In this document: positions 1 through 8,664 of the stretch, piece by piece
Numbering within the stretch: position 1 is the stretch's first letter
Layout of the letters: each line of letters opens with the position of its first letter
Virus record (IMG/VR): IMGVR_UViG_3300049215_000481
Coordinates: 1 to 64,000 of that record
DNA length: 64,000 nucleotides
Reading direction: 5' to 3' (one strand)
From: a virus
The notes under the pieces: model-generated
Databases searched by the model: none
What the model was told of the DNA's origin: nothing
What the model saw: the letters and a program-made list of their open reading frames with translations, nothing else
Translations under genes and position numbers: made by a program

Positions 1-311
1 AACTGGACAGCCGACATTCCGGGCGTGAGAGACGCCACGAGGTAGGCGCCCCAGAACCACGTCAGGAGCGGCGTGTGCGAGTCCTGCATCACGGTGCCCG
101 CCGTCAACCGCGCCTCCTTCTTGCACGCCTTGCAGCGCAGCACGTGCGGGCGCGTGGCGATGCGTCCGGGCTCTCCGACCATCTCGCAGGACGGACAGAC
201 GAAGCCCTTGGGCCAGCGCACTTGCTCCATGTAGGTCGCGCACGCGGCGTCGTTTGGAAAGAGCTTCTGAAACTCGGGCAGGGACTTGGGGAACGGAAGC
301 TCGCGGGTCAT
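1..311 (-). CDS. IS1595-family (ISXO2-like) transposase, N-terminal part, runs off window edge
   Basis: Not in ORF track. Manual translation from ATG 311: MTRELPFPKSLPEFQKLFPNDAACATYMEQVRWPKGFVCPSC...LRCKACKKEARLTAGTVMQDSHTPLLTWFWGAYLVASLTPGMSAVQ; Zn ribbon + AGTV...HTPL..WF pattern typical of IS1595 transposases. Confidence 0.85.
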   Translation of the reverse strand, partial: MTRELPFPKSLPEFQKLFPNDAACATYMEQVRWPKGFVCPSCEMVGEPGRIATRPHVLRCKACKKEARLTAGTVMQDSHTPLLTWFWGAYLVASLTPGMSAVQ

Positions 312-424
312 TGCATCGCCCACAGTTTGATGACCGTATGGAACAGCCAGAGACACCCAGCCGACGCCCCTAGACCAAGCGTCAGTAGGATGGCGCCGGT
401 TACCCAATCGCGCTCAGGTTCCAT
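308..424 (-). CDS. small membrane peptide
   Basis: MEPERDWVTGAILLTLGLGASAGCLWLF, one hydrophobic helix; ATGA overlap with next gene. Confidence 0.5.
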   Translation of the reverse strand: MEPERDWVTGAILLTLGLGASAGCLWLFHTVIKLWAMQ

Positions 425-428
425 AGGG

Positions 429-1142
429 TTACACCGCCTCCCGGAAGATGCGCCCGGTACGATGCCACGCGCACACCGGCTTGCCGGCATCGTTGGCCGT
501 GGTCGCCTTCCTGTTGCAGCGGCGACCCAGCACGGACTCCGGTTCGTTCACCTGCTCGGTACAGTAAGCGGCGAGCGCGCCCGTCTCGGTCAGGATGACG
601 CCGCGCCGGTTCTTCGCGCGATCACCGACGGCTCTGTACTTGGCACCGCCGAGCCCGAGAGCGCACCACTCATCAAGCGTGACCTGAGACAAGCCGCCAT
701 CGCAGGGCAGATTTTTGAATGCTTCCAGCCCGTGCCGCACGGCGTAGCAGTAGCCGTGGATATAGCGGCCCGGGACACCGCGCTTCACCTTGGGTGCCAA
801 CTCGATCATCGACGTGCGTGGCGCCAGGGCTTTGCACGCCTCGCACACTTGAAGGGCGCGCATCTCCTGCACGGTGCGCATCGATGGGGCGGGCGCCTTC
901 CAAGAGGCGAAGGGAGCGACGGTGTGTACATTTCGTGCGGCGGCGGCTTCGGCGAAAGTCTTGGCAGCCGCCTGCATAGCAGCGCGGCCCGCTTCCGTGA
1001 CGAAGTAGCCCCTGTCGTGCCAGCGCACCAACCCGGCGTTTCGGAGCCGGTCCACAAGGGCATGCTGCGCCCCGCCGTACGGTCGGCACCCATCCGCGAG
1101 CATCTTGAATGCGGCCGGGGAAAGTTTCGTTTCCGTGTTCAT
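429..1142 (-). CDS. hypothetical protein (possible wHTH-like N-terminus, Cys/His motifs)
   Basis: ORF track frame; GGAGG before ATG 1142; sigma70-like promoter upstream. Confidence 0.65.
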   Translation of the reverse strand: MNTETKLSPAAFKMLADGCRPYGGAQHALVDRLRNAGLVRWHDRGYFVTEAGRAAMQAAAKTFAEAAAARNVHTVAPFASWKAPAPSMRTVQEMRALQVCEACKALAPRTSMIELAPKVKRGVPGRYIHGYCYAVRHGLEAFKNLPCDGGLSQVTLDEWCALGLGGAKYRAVGDRAKNRRGVILTETGALAAYCTEQVNEPESVLGRRCNRKATTANDAGKPVCAWHRTGRIFREAV

Positions 1143-1160
1143 TGTGACCTCCACCCCTGC

Positions 1161-1189
1161 ACACTACAGAAAGGACCCAGGTGTGTCAA
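1161..1189 (-). promoter_or_regulatory. sigma70-like promoter TTGACA-17-TAGTGT
   Basis: Read directly on minus strand upstream of ATG 1142. Confidence 0.75.
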
Positions 1190-1235
1190 CCGGATAAGCA
1201 TGCTTGGATCGAATCAGGCGCAAGAGGCGCGGCGG

Positions 1236-1475
1236 CTAGAAGTAGACGCGGTAGCCCTCGCTCGCGCGCGAGTTCTCGACCACCTGCACGAAGTGCTGGG
1301 AGTCCTCAGGGCGGACGCGGAGGCGCATCTTGCTGTTCGCCGCAAACGCAGCGACCATCGCCTCGACGGCGACCTCGTTCTCGTAGCGCGCCCCGCCCTT
1401 GTGCTCGAAGTAGTACACCGCGCGCGTTGCCGCGCGCAGCTTCGTCACCGCGGTGGTGCGTCGGACAGCTATCAT
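1236..1475 (-). CDS. hypothetical protein
   Basis: MIAVRRTTAV..., ATGA overlap with upstream gene. Confidence 0.6.
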   Translation of the reverse strand: MIAVRRTTAVTKLRAATRAVYYFEHKGGARYENEVAVEAMVAAFAANSKMRLRVRPEDSQHFVQVVENSRASEGYRVYF

Positions 1476-1864
1476 CCGTCGACGTCCCCAGGGTCTGTCT
1501 GGCCGAACCAGTCGTTCTTGTCGAGCCAGTCTAGGTGCTTCTCGAAGTCGCCAGGTTCGTTGGGCTTGGTGATGCCGGCAAGGACGAGACCCATCTTGAC
1601 GCCGGGCATGCGGTACTGCTCTTGACGATCGTTCGCGACTGCGATGCGCGCCATCCGGAACGTCAGCGAGCCCGTGCGCCGCGTGAGCGTGTCGGCCGCT
1701 GCGCAGTCGAAGCAGCACGAGCCCGAGCGGTCCTGCGCGCGAGGCGCCCACGCGCCTTTGGGCAAGCGCTGCACGCCCTCCATGCGTAGTTGTCCCTCCA
1801 GCGCGAGCGCGAGGCAGCGCTTGCAGGCTTCGTCGGTCATCTCAGGGACGCGCTGGCCAGTCAT
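1472..1864 (-). CDS. hypothetical protein (CxxC motifs)
   Basis: ORF track, fits tightly packed leftward operon. Confidence 0.65.
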   Translation of the reverse strand: MTGQRVPEMTDEACKRCLALALEGQLRMEGVQRLPKGAWAPRAQDRSGSCCFDCAAADTLTRRTGSLTFRMARIAVANDRQEQYRMPGVKMGLVLAGITKPNEPGDFEKHLDWLDKNDWFGQTDPGDVDG

Positions 1865-1871
1865 GTTGAAC

Positions 1872-2204
1872 TCAGGCTCTCTTGTGCGGGCGCGCAGAGA
1901 CGACAGGAGCTGCTGCCTGCAGTGGCACGACAGGCGCCTGCACCTTCTTCGGCCTGCCCTTCTTGCCGGTGCCCGTCTTCTTGAGCGCGCTCTGCAGCGT
2001 CGCCATCGACGTCGGGATGCCCGCCTGCGTGAGCAGCGTCGCGATGCTCTCGATCGTGTGCCCCTTCTCCTGCAGCTCGCGGATCTTCGGCTCCAGCTCG
2101 CGGATCGCAGCCGTCTTGGAGAGCTTCTTCGCGGGCGGCGGAGCTGCGTCGAGCTTCGCCATGACGTTCTTGAGCTGGTTCGTGTCGAAGGTATCGCGTG
2201 ACAC
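1872..2204 (-). CDS. plasmid MobC/StbA-like small DNA-binding protein
   Basis: SKTAAIRELEPKIRELQEKGHTIESIATLLTQAGIPTSMATLQSAL resembles (from recall) MobC-type HTH proteins; Lys-rich tail; AGGAG SD. Confidence 0.5.
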   Translation of the reverse strand: MSRDTFDTNQLKNVMAKLDAAPPPAKKLSKTAAIRELEPKIRELQEKGHTIESIATLLTQAGIPTSMATLQSALKKTGTGKKGRPKKVQAPVVPLQAAAPVVSARPHKRA

Positions 2205-2225
2205 TGGTGTTTCTCCTTGGTTGGA

Positions 2226-2564
2226 CTACTTGAGGTAGACGGCGCCGAAGTGACTCACCCCATAGCCGTCGACTCGCTCGGCGTACACCGAGCCGCAGAC
2301 TCTCTTACCGGGCTTCTTCCAGCCCTCGGCGTTGAGGATGTTGCCGTTCGTCGTGTCGATGAACGTGTGGGCGCAGCGCTGGCCGCCGCCCTTGCTGATG
2401 ATGACCCGCGCGAACTTGGGCCCGACCGAGAACGTCACCGCGGGAGTGCCTGGAATGCCACCTCCCAGCGCCTGGTGGTTCGCGACCACCAGGCGTTCTA
2501 CGTGGAAGATGTACTTCTTGACCGCCCGTTCCAGCGGGTTCAGCTCGCTGTCCATCTCCATCAT
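2226..2564 (-). CDS. conserved phage hypothetical protein
   Basis: GPKFARVI...HTFIDTTNGNILNAEGWKKPGK pattern seen in many phage small proteins. Confidence 0.65.
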   Translation of the reverse strand: MMEMDSELNPLERAVKKYIFHVERLVVANHQALGGGIPGTPAVTFSVGPKFARVIISKGGGQRCAHTFIDTTNGNILNAEGWKKPGKRVCGSVYAERVDGYGVSHFGAVYLK

Positions 2565-2598
2565 GGTACCCCTTTCGGTGCCCTTTTCAACGCCTTTG

Positions 2599-2671
2599 TG
2601 GAGCGTGCGGGGTTCGAACCCGCGACCCCCGGCTTGCAAAGCCGGTGCTCTCCCAACTGAGCTAACGCCCC
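2599..2671 (-). tRNA. tRNA-Ala(UGC), no encoded CCA
   Basis: GGGGCGT TA GCTC AGTTGGGA GAGC A CCGGC TTTGCAA GCCGG GGGTC GCGGG TTCGAAC CCCGC ACGCTCC A; complete cloverleaf with G3:U70. Confidence 0.97.
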
Positions 2672-2676
2672 TTCTA

Positions 2677-3348
2677 CTACTCGATCTCCTTGACAGGCGC
2701 CGGTGCGGCCTCCAGCACCCGCTTCATGTCTTCCAGCTTCTCGAACCCCAGGCGCTCGACCGTCGACTGTACCGAAGCAGCCATCTCGGCGTTGAACGCG
2801 GTCACGACCTTCTCAGCCGCCTCCCCGAACATCCGGATCATGAACGGCGCGTTGGCCTCCACGTCCTGCAGCGCCTTGCCGACGATCCAGTCGATCTTCT
2901 CCTTGTCGTCCTTCGACAAGGTCTTCTTGGCCAGCAGCACGCGCAGCTTCTTCTGCGCCTCGCGGAGGCGCTCGGCTGTCTCGGCGGTCTGCTGCTTGAA
3001 CGCGTCAACAACGCGCTCGTGCTCCACAGGCTCGTCCTCGGGCGGCGACTCGATCCGCGGCTGACCCCGGACGAAGTTGATGGTGCACGGCACGCCCCCG
3101 CCGATGTTGGGCGATGTGATGAGATCGGCGTACTGGGCCGGCGACAGCGAGACCTCGATCAGCTCGTCCTCGGCGTGGTGCCAGTCGCTGCCCAGGTCGT
3201 GCTTGAACGACGCAGTCGAGATGGTGATGCGCATCGCGTGCGTGTGGTCCTTCAGCGGGCTGCCGTGCAGCCGGCCGATGTGACCACCCGTCCGGTGGAT
3301 GACGATGTTGCCGTACGAGGGGTGTCGCTTCGCTTCTTCGTCCCTCAT
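2677..3348 (-). CDS. conserved phage protein (HPSYG motif, coiled C-terminus)
   Basis: Start moved to MRDEEAKRHPSYG after AGGA SD; high GC3. Confidence 0.75.
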   Translation of the reverse strand: MRDEEAKRHPSYGNIVIHRTGGHIGRLHGSPLKDHTHAMRITISTASFKHDLGSDWHHAEDELIEVSLSPAQYADLITSPNIGGGVPCTINFVRGQPRIESPPEDEPVEHERVVDAFKQQTAETAERLREAQKKLRVLLAKKTLSKDDKEKIDWIVGKALQDVEANAPFMIRMFGEAAEKVVTAFNAEMAASVQSTVERLGFEKLEDMKRVLEAAPAPVKEIE

Positions 3349-3352
3349 GTTC

Positions 3353-3565
3353 CTACTCCCAGGCTCCAACGGCCTTGAGGTTTTGGGTTTCTTTGTCGAA
3401 GAACAGGACGGACGAGAACCCGATGTACCCGCGGTTCGGTCCGCCGCTCTGGTTGTCGGAGTAGTCCGACTCGATGTTGAGTGCCACCTCGTTGGCACTC
3501 TCGGCCTCCGTAAAGACCACCCTCGCACGCGTCAACATCGCCTTCATCGTCTCCAGGTCGCTCAT
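3353..3565 (-). CDS. hypothetical protein
   Basis: ORF track, abuts neighbours. Confidence 0.65.
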   Translation of the reverse strand: MSDLETMKAMLTRARVVFTEAESANEVALNIESDYSDNQSGGPNRGYIGFSSVLFFDKETQNLKAVGAWE

Positions 3566-3886
3566 CTACTCCTCCAGCTCAGGTGCCCAACCGTCAAGCT
3601 CACAGACGTAGAAGGGCGGGTCGAAACTCGGCTCGGGCAGGTGCGGGAAGTCCTCCGACTTGAACCCCGTCCACATTCCCTTCGAAACCTTTCTGCCGTA
3701 GTGCTCCTCCGTCTCCTCGACGGCGATCTCTCCCCACCGAGGCGAATCCGGGAACAGCTCGGTGGACGGGGACGCAGTGAAGATGGCCTTCGGCACGCCG
3801 TTCTCGTCCTCGAACACCTCGACGGTGTCGGAGACCAGGACGATGCGCCTGCCGTACCAGCGCCCCTGGAGCGGCACCGCGCTCAC
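3566..3886 (-). CDS. hypothetical protein
   Basis: GTG start overlapping upstream stop (GTGA). Confidence 0.6.
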   Translation of the reverse strand: MSAVPLQGRWYGRRIVLVSDTVEVFEDENGVPKAIFTASPSTELFPDSPRWGEIAVEETEEHYGRKVSKGMWTGFKSEDFPHLPEPSFDPPFYVCELDGWAPELEE

Positions 3887-4092
3887 GACGCGGCCTTCTT
3901 GGGCGTCAGCTTCTTGCAGCACCCGCGGCAGTCGTCGGCCCGGCCGCCCACGTCGTCGGGGCTGGTCAGCTCGCCCGTGAACATCCACTTGCCGCACAGC
4001 GCGCGGCTGTCGACGAAGTAGTGGGCCTTCTTGGAGAGGAAGGGCCAGCCCCACCCGCGGGGCTTCGCCTTCGGTTGCTCGGTGTCGCTCAC
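3883..4092 (-). CDS. small Cys/His-rich protein
   Basis: KAHYF...LCGKW...CRGCC. Confidence 0.65.
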   Translation of the reverse strand: MSDTEQPKAKPRGWGWPFLSKKAHYFVDSRALCGKWMFTGELTSPDDVGGRADDCRGCCKKLTPKKAAS

Positions 4093-4520
4093 GGTTGCTC
4101 CTTGGTGAAGTAGCCGTACACGCAGCGGGAACCTCCCCGCTGGTCGTCGAACGTGTCGTAGATGACGCCGTCGATCACGCAGAGCACGTGCTTGCTCACG
4201 CGGACGATGAGCCGGCCCGCGGGCAGCTCCTCGGCGCGCAGGTGGACCTTGCAGCCCGCACCCACCTGCATCGTGGGGACCCAGCGCCAGCCAAGGCTGT
4301 GCAGGTAGCTCCGGTAGGTGGGCGTGCGAACGCCTGTCCTCGCGCTGGAGCGCTTCTTCCCGTTCCTGGGCCGCTCCTCCTTCGCCGCCTCGTTGAGCGC
4401 GTCGTAGACCTCCTGGTAGGGCTTCATGGTGGCGATGGCGATGGCCCTCGTCACGCAGTCCCCGGTGCGGCCCTTGAAGCCGGCCGCGTCGCGCCCGCCG
4501 TCATGGTAGACGAACTTCAC
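4089..4520 (-). CDS. conserved phage protein with Cys-His-Asp signature (possible papain-like fold)
   Basis: GDCVTRAIAIAT...KHVLCVIDGVIYDTFD. Confidence 0.7.
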   Translation of the reverse strand: MKFVYHDGGRDAAGFKGRTGDCVTRAIAIATMKPYQEVYDALNEAAKEERPRNGKKRSSARTGVRTPTYRSYLHSLGWRWVPTMQVGAGCKVHLRAEELPAGRLIVRVSKHVLCVIDGVIYDTFDDQRGGSRCVYGYFTKEQP

Positions 4521-4768
4521 TGGCCGTCCTCCTTGAGGATGCGACTCACCTCGGTCAGCTCGACGACGCGCGCGTGCTGGTTGATCAGCTCGGCGAGACC
4601 GAAGGGGATGGCGCTGCCGCCGAGGCGGTTCGAGCGCCCTGCCACCTTCAGCTCCTCGACGACCCGGTTGACGTCCGCCTGGAGATCCAGCGCCACCTGC
4701 ATCAGGCGCCGCTGCGCCGCCGGCAGCGTCATGTCGACGTAGCTCTTGATGAAGCTCTTGTCGCTCAC
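4517..4768 (-). CDS. hypothetical protein
   Basis: GTG start VSDKSFIKS with GTGA overlaps at both ends. Confidence 0.6.
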   Translation of the reverse strand: MSDKSFIKSYVDMTLPAAQRRLMQVALDLQADVNRVVEELKVAGRSNRLGGSAIPFGLAELINQHARVVELTEVSRILKEDGQ

Positions 4769-4959
4769 GTTCCGACCTCCAGACCGTCGCCCTCGGCGCC
4801 GTCGACGACGTTGAAGACCGTGCGGGGCTCGCAGGCCAGGGCGCCTCCGAGCCACTGCCAGTCCTCGGCCTGCACGTTGTCGTCCAGCCAGCGCCGCCCT
4901 ACCTCGTTCAGCGGGCGCAGCAGCGTGACCGACCCGTGGTTCTCCACCCGGATGTCCAT
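4765..4959 (-). CDS. hypothetical protein
   Basis: ORF track, operon-packed. Confidence 0.65.
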   Translation of the reverse strand: MDIRVENHGSVTLLRPLNEVGRRWLDDNVQAEDWQWLGGALACEPRTVFNVVDGAEGDGLEVGT

Positions 4960-5147
4960 CAGACCAGCACCGCGATGACGGCCACGCAGGCCAGCACGAT
5001 GGCCCCGAGCACCACCACGCGCGCGACCATCGCGCGCCTCGCCCGACCTTCCGCCTGGATGCGGTAGCGGAGCTGCTGAAGCTCCACCTGGCCGTACCAG
5101 GGTTGGGCCTTGCGAACCCCCACCCAGCTCTCCGTTTCATAGTTCAT
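4959..5147 (-). CDS. small membrane protein
   Basis: MNYETESW... with C-terminal TM helix; own promoter upstream. Confidence 0.55.
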   Translation of the reverse strand: MNYETESWVGVRKAQPWYGQVELQQLRYRIQAEGRARRAMVARVVVLGAIVLACVAVIAVLV

Positions 5148-5172
5148 GGCATCTTCCCTCACCTTCCCCGCA

Positions 5173-5200
5173 ATACTACCACACCAGATGCCCACGTCAA
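5173..5200 (-). promoter_or_regulatory. sigma70-like promoter TTGACG-16-TAGTAT with extended TG
   Basis: Read directly in AT-rich intergenic gap. Confidence 0.65.
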
Positions 5201-5215
5201 TACCCATTTTATCGC

Positions 5216-5515
5216 CTACTCGCCAACCAGAGAGAAGTCGACGTTTCCCTCCAGCGTCCAGCCCTGCTTGAGCTGCTTCTCGAAGAGAGCCTTCACCGTC
5301 CCCACCTTGACCGACGCATACTCGGTCCAACCACCAGAAGACCTCTGGCCGTCCGAGCGGAACTTGAGCTGGGTCTTGGTCAGGACCTTGTGGTCCGACA
5401 TCACCGCGTACGTCACCTTGCGCCAGCAGACGAGCGAGTTCTGATCGGGAGTTAGGTCGGTCTCCCTGGAGACCCTGTAGACCTCCTTGCGACCGCGTGC
5501 CGAGAGCTTGGCCAT
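5216..5515 (-). CDS. hypothetical protein
   Basis: ORF track; AAGGA SD. Confidence 0.65.
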   Translation of the reverse strand: MAKLSARGRKEVYRVSRETDLTPDQNSLVCWRKVTYAVMSDHKVLTKTQLKFRSDGQRSSGGWTEYASVKVGTVKALFEKQLKQGWTLEGNVDFSLVGE

Positions 5516-5705
5516 GGCGTCCGTCCTTTGCCTTCCTTGTACCCCAGTGATAACCCTTTTTCAACTCCTCTTTTTTGTCCGGCTCGTAGCCGTACCAGAG
5601 GTCCAGTAGCGCATCCCTGTGCTTCACCATCGTGTAGGCCGCGAGCCTCAGCCCGAGACCCACGAAGACCAGCAGCCAGAACGCGTGCAGAGGGTTCATG
5701 GCGTA

Positions 5706-6602
5706 CTACTTCCAGATGACCGGGATGATGGGGTACTCGCCGTCCTGGCGAACGTGCCTGCGCTCCCACTCCTCGCAGTACAGCAGGATGGCCTTCAACT
5801 TCAGGTCCGGAGCCGCCTCGCTGATCTCGTCGATGATGTGGTTCACCGTCCGGCCCGACGCCACCGTGTCCTCGACGATGATGTACTGGCCGGCGCCCGT
5901 GTAACCGGTCACCTGCCTGCCACCGTGCTCCTTGTGCAGGTTGTCGTCCTTCTTACGCACGATCGTCATCGGGCGACCCGTCTCGGCTGACAGCGCAGCA
6001 GCCAGCGGGACCGAGCTGAAGCCGCACCCGGCGATGGACGTGACCTCGGGATGCTCCTGCAGGTAGAGCTTGTACGCGTCGATCACCTTGCGGAACTTCT
6101 GCGGGTGAAAGAGCGGGTCCATGTAGCCGGGAGAGTCGATGTCGATGTGCTCGCCCTCGCCGTCACCCACGCGGGCGCGCACGGGCACCCGCTCGTCGCG
6201 CTTGTACGTCCTCGTGTACAGCACATCGCACGTGGGCGTGGGCGACACCTTGATGACGGCCTCGTCGTGCTTCTCGGTGGGCGCACGGCCCGCGACGTAG
6301 AGCCTGGCGCCCCAGTCGCCCAGGATGATGTCCCCGGCCATGAGCAGGCAGGCCGCCTTCGTCTTGACCTCGCCGACGCCCTGCAGTGTCGCCAGCAGCG
6401 GCCCCTTGTTCGCGACCGTCTGTCCTGGGGGAGGTCCCGAGACATCGATCACGCCGGGGTCGAAGACGCCAGGCACTAGCGCCTTCTCGATGCCCACCCA
6501 GTTGTACGTGGCGTACGTGCGCTCGTACACCGCCGTGATTGCCGCGTCACTCAGTGCGACAGGCTTAACCTGCACTTCTTCGATCTTCGCGTCCGTGTCC
6601 AT
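5706..6602 (-). CDS. type I phosphoribosyltransferase (OPRT-like) with unknown N-terminal extension
   Basis: SIAGCGFSSVPLAAALS...MTIVRKK...YIIVEDTVASGRT PRPP-binding loop. Confidence 0.8.
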   Translation of the reverse strand: MDTDAKIEEVQVKPVALSDAAITAVYERTYATYNWVGIEKALVPGVFDPGVIDVSGPPPGQTVANKGPLLATLQGVGEVKTKAACLLMAGDIILGDWGARLYVAGRAPTEKHDEAVIKVSPTPTCDVLYTRTYKRDERVPVRARVGDGEGEHIDIDSPGYMDPLFHPQKFRKVIDAYKLYLQEHPEVTSIAGCGFSSVPLAAALSAETGRPMTIVRKKDDNLHKEHGGRQVTGYTGAGQYIIVEDTVASGRTVNHIIDEISEAAPDLKLKAILLYCEEWERRHVRQDGEYPIIPVIWK

Positions 6603-6670
6603 ATGGAACGCATAGCGAAAGTCGCTACGATTCCATGCGGACGCCCCGGTGGCTCAGTCAGCGTTCGGGG

Positions 6671-6900
6671 GTGGCCACAACTTGGCCACATTTCGTGTCA
6701 TCGGATGGCATCTCTGGCCACATTTTCGATGAAAAAGCGGGGGACGAAGTGCGCATTTCCCGCAGAAATCTGGAGCCGGTGGACAGGATTGAACTGTCGA
6801 CCTACGGTTTACGAAGGCGAGTTACAGGTTCTGTAACATAGTGTAGGCACTTGTTTTCAAGAACCTACGTATTGACACTGGCCAGGTTCTGGCCACAAAG
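6671..6900. mobile_element. attP region: core = 3' half of tRNA-Thr(CGU) (6771-6815, minus strand), flanked by TGGCCACA arm-type repeats
   Basis: Minus strand TTCGTAA ACCGT AGGTC GACAG TTCAATC CTGTC CACCGGC T CCA; 5' half absent; TGGCCACA at 6672, 6683, 6715, 6890; adjacent to integrase. Confidence 0.88.
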
Positions 6901-6908
6901 TTACAGCC

Positions 6909-8102
6909 ATGGCCAAGGCCACCAAGAAGAAGCTGGCATGGGGTGAGGGCTCCATCAGGCAGCGTGGTAACAGGTTCCAGGTCCGCTGGCGAGAGGGCGG
7001 CACGATGCGCTCGGCGTCCGGCTTCGCCTCCAGGTTCGAGGCCCACGAGGAGCTGGAGCGCATCCACGCCCGCCTGAAGCTCGGGCAGCCTGGCGTCGAG
7101 CCCAAGGCGCCGCCGAAGCCCGCGTCGCGCGAGTTCGCCGACCTGCTCGACGAGTGGATCGACTACCGCGTGAAGCACGACAAACGCATGGCGCTGGAGG
7201 AGAGGTCTCGTTGGGCTCTTCACCTGGCCGTGCCACTGGCGACGCAGACCGTGGACACGGTGACATCGAAATGGGTGAGGAACTTGGCAGTGCAGCTCGT
7301 GAAGCCCGAGGTGGGAGACAAGGCGCCCAACGGGAAGAGGAAGGAGCCCATCTCGGGGCCCACGGCCCAGCGCGTGCTCACGCTGCTCTCGTCGTTCTAC
7401 ACGTGGGCAGTCGACGAGGGCATCGCGACCGACAACCCAGCGCGCGCAGCTCTCCGCCACAAGGACGTGAAGAAGCTGCTCGCTTCGAAGCACGACGGGA
7501 AGATGCAGCCCTACCTGAAGAGCTGGGAGCTGGTGACTGCGTTGTACAACGCACTCGCCCCGCCCTACTCGATCGCCTACCTCATCGGTGCGCGCGCAGG
7601 CCTGCGTCCCGGAGAGGTGGTCGCGCTGCAGTGGTCGGACGTCGACTTCGCCGCCGGCACGCTGCTCGTCGAGCGTCAGGTGCGGTCCGGCAAGCTGGGC
7701 CCGACCAAGGGCGGCAGGGCTCGCACGGTGCCGCTCTCGCCGGCTCTCGCCGAGGTCCTGAAGAAGTGGAAGCCGGCCAAGGCAAGGTCCGGGGACTTGG
7801 TGTGCCCGCCGGCCGTCCGCATGAGGAAGAACGGCAAGCCTGGCGCGCGCTACGGCATGTACCTCGGGCCGAAGAGATTCACCACGGCGCTCGCTGCCGC
7901 GTTCAAGGTGAGCGGCATCGCGCCGGGCACTCTGTACCAGTACGGCAGGCACACGTTCGGCTCGCTCACCGCGCTCGGCGGCGTCTCGACGTGGCGCTTG
8001 AAGGAGTGGATGGGGCACCAGGACATCAGCACGACGGAGCGCTACGTGTCGCTGGTCGGCCAGCAGCTCACGCCTGCGGAACTAGTGGCGCTCGGCGGCT
8101 AG
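6909..8102 (+). CDS. int: tyrosine integrase 1
   Basis: GEGSIRQRG arm-binding N-terminus; GLRPGEVVALQWSDVD, RHTF, MGHQDISTTERY catalytic motifs. Confidence 0.95.
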   Translation: MAKATKKKLAWGEGSIRQRGNRFQVRWREGGTMRSASGFASRFEAHEELERIHARLKLGQPGVEPKAPPKPASREFADLLDEWIDYRVKHDKRMALEERSRWALHLAVPLATQTVDTVTSKWVRNLAVQLVKPEVGDKAPNGKRKEPISGPTAQRVLTLLSSFYTWAVDEGIATDNPARAALRHKDVKKLLASKHDGKMQPYLKSWELVTALYNALAPPYSIAYLIGARAGLRPGEVVALQWSDVDFAAGTLLVERQVRSGKLGPTKGGRARTVPLSPALAEVLKKWKPAKARSGDLVCPPAVRMRKNGKPGARYGMYLGPKRFTTALAAAFKVSGIAPGTLYQYGRHTFGSLTALGGVSTWRLKEWMGHQDISTTERYVSLVGQQLTPAELVALGG

Positions 8103-8293
8103 TCCTTCATGCAGCCGAAGACGAGGTCGGCCGGAGGCTCCTCGCCGAGTTCCTTCTTCTTCGCCGCGAGCGCTTCGTCAGCCTCTGGCACTCCGCACAT
8201 CACCATCATCACGGCGACGCGGCCCTCCATGTTCCAGCGAGGGTCAGCCTTCGACGAGTACCACCAGCTACCAGACTTTGAGAACATCCCCAT
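8099..8293 (-). CDS. hypothetical protein
   Basis: ORF track; GGAG SD. Confidence 0.6.
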   Translation of the reverse strand: MGMFSKSGSWWYSSKADPRWNMEGRVAVMMVMCGVPEADEALAAKKKELGEEPPADLVFGCMKD

Positions 8294-8302
8294 GTTCGCT
8301 CC

Positions 8303-8533
8303 CTACGTCCTCGGAGCCAGCAGAGCCAGGTTGAAGCGCAGCGTCTTGCCGATGCGCCGGTACGGCACCTGGTCGTTCGCCACGTACCGGAGGAGCGTCC
8401 GCGTGCTTACGCCCATGTGCTCGGCAGCCGCCTTGATGTCGACGAGCGGCTGGTGCGCGGCCATCTTCTCCACAGCAATTCGCAGTTCGCGAATCTCGTC
8501 AGCAAGTGTTTCGAGCGTTACAGCGGCTGCCAT
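8303..8533 (-). CDS. excisionase-like HTH protein
   Basis: LVDIKAAAEHMGVSTRTLLRYVANDQVPYRRIGKTLRF (HTH_17/Xis type), convergent with int. Confidence 0.85.
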   Translation of the reverse strand: MAAAVTLETLADEIRELRIAVEKMAAHQPLVDIKAAAEHMGVSTRTLLRYVANDQVPYRRIGKTLRFNLALLAPRT

Positions 8534-8664
8534 GAAGAGGTAATAGCGATTGTGCTAAGGTCGATTTCCAATTACTGGAGGTCGGAAGCGACCTGTATCG
8601 CGTCGTCGACGCCATGACGGTAAAGAGATGAACAATCTGCGCAGCCGCAATCTATGGCGGCGCG

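Noticed and set aside
75-1625. Long + strand ORF (516 aa) and similar long antisense ORFs (e.g. 36520..39492, 46277..47878, 50280..51833)
   Set aside because: Arg/Ala-rich shadow frames of high-GC3 genes on the opposite strand
4959-5699. Single 246-aa ORF
   Set aside because: Overlaps a better gene (5216..5515) and spans a promoter; likely two small membrane genes joined by chance or an indel
6771-6815. Second complete tRNA gene
   Set aside because: Only the anticodon loop to CCA is present; there is no 5' acceptor, D-arm or 5' anticodon strand, so it is an att core
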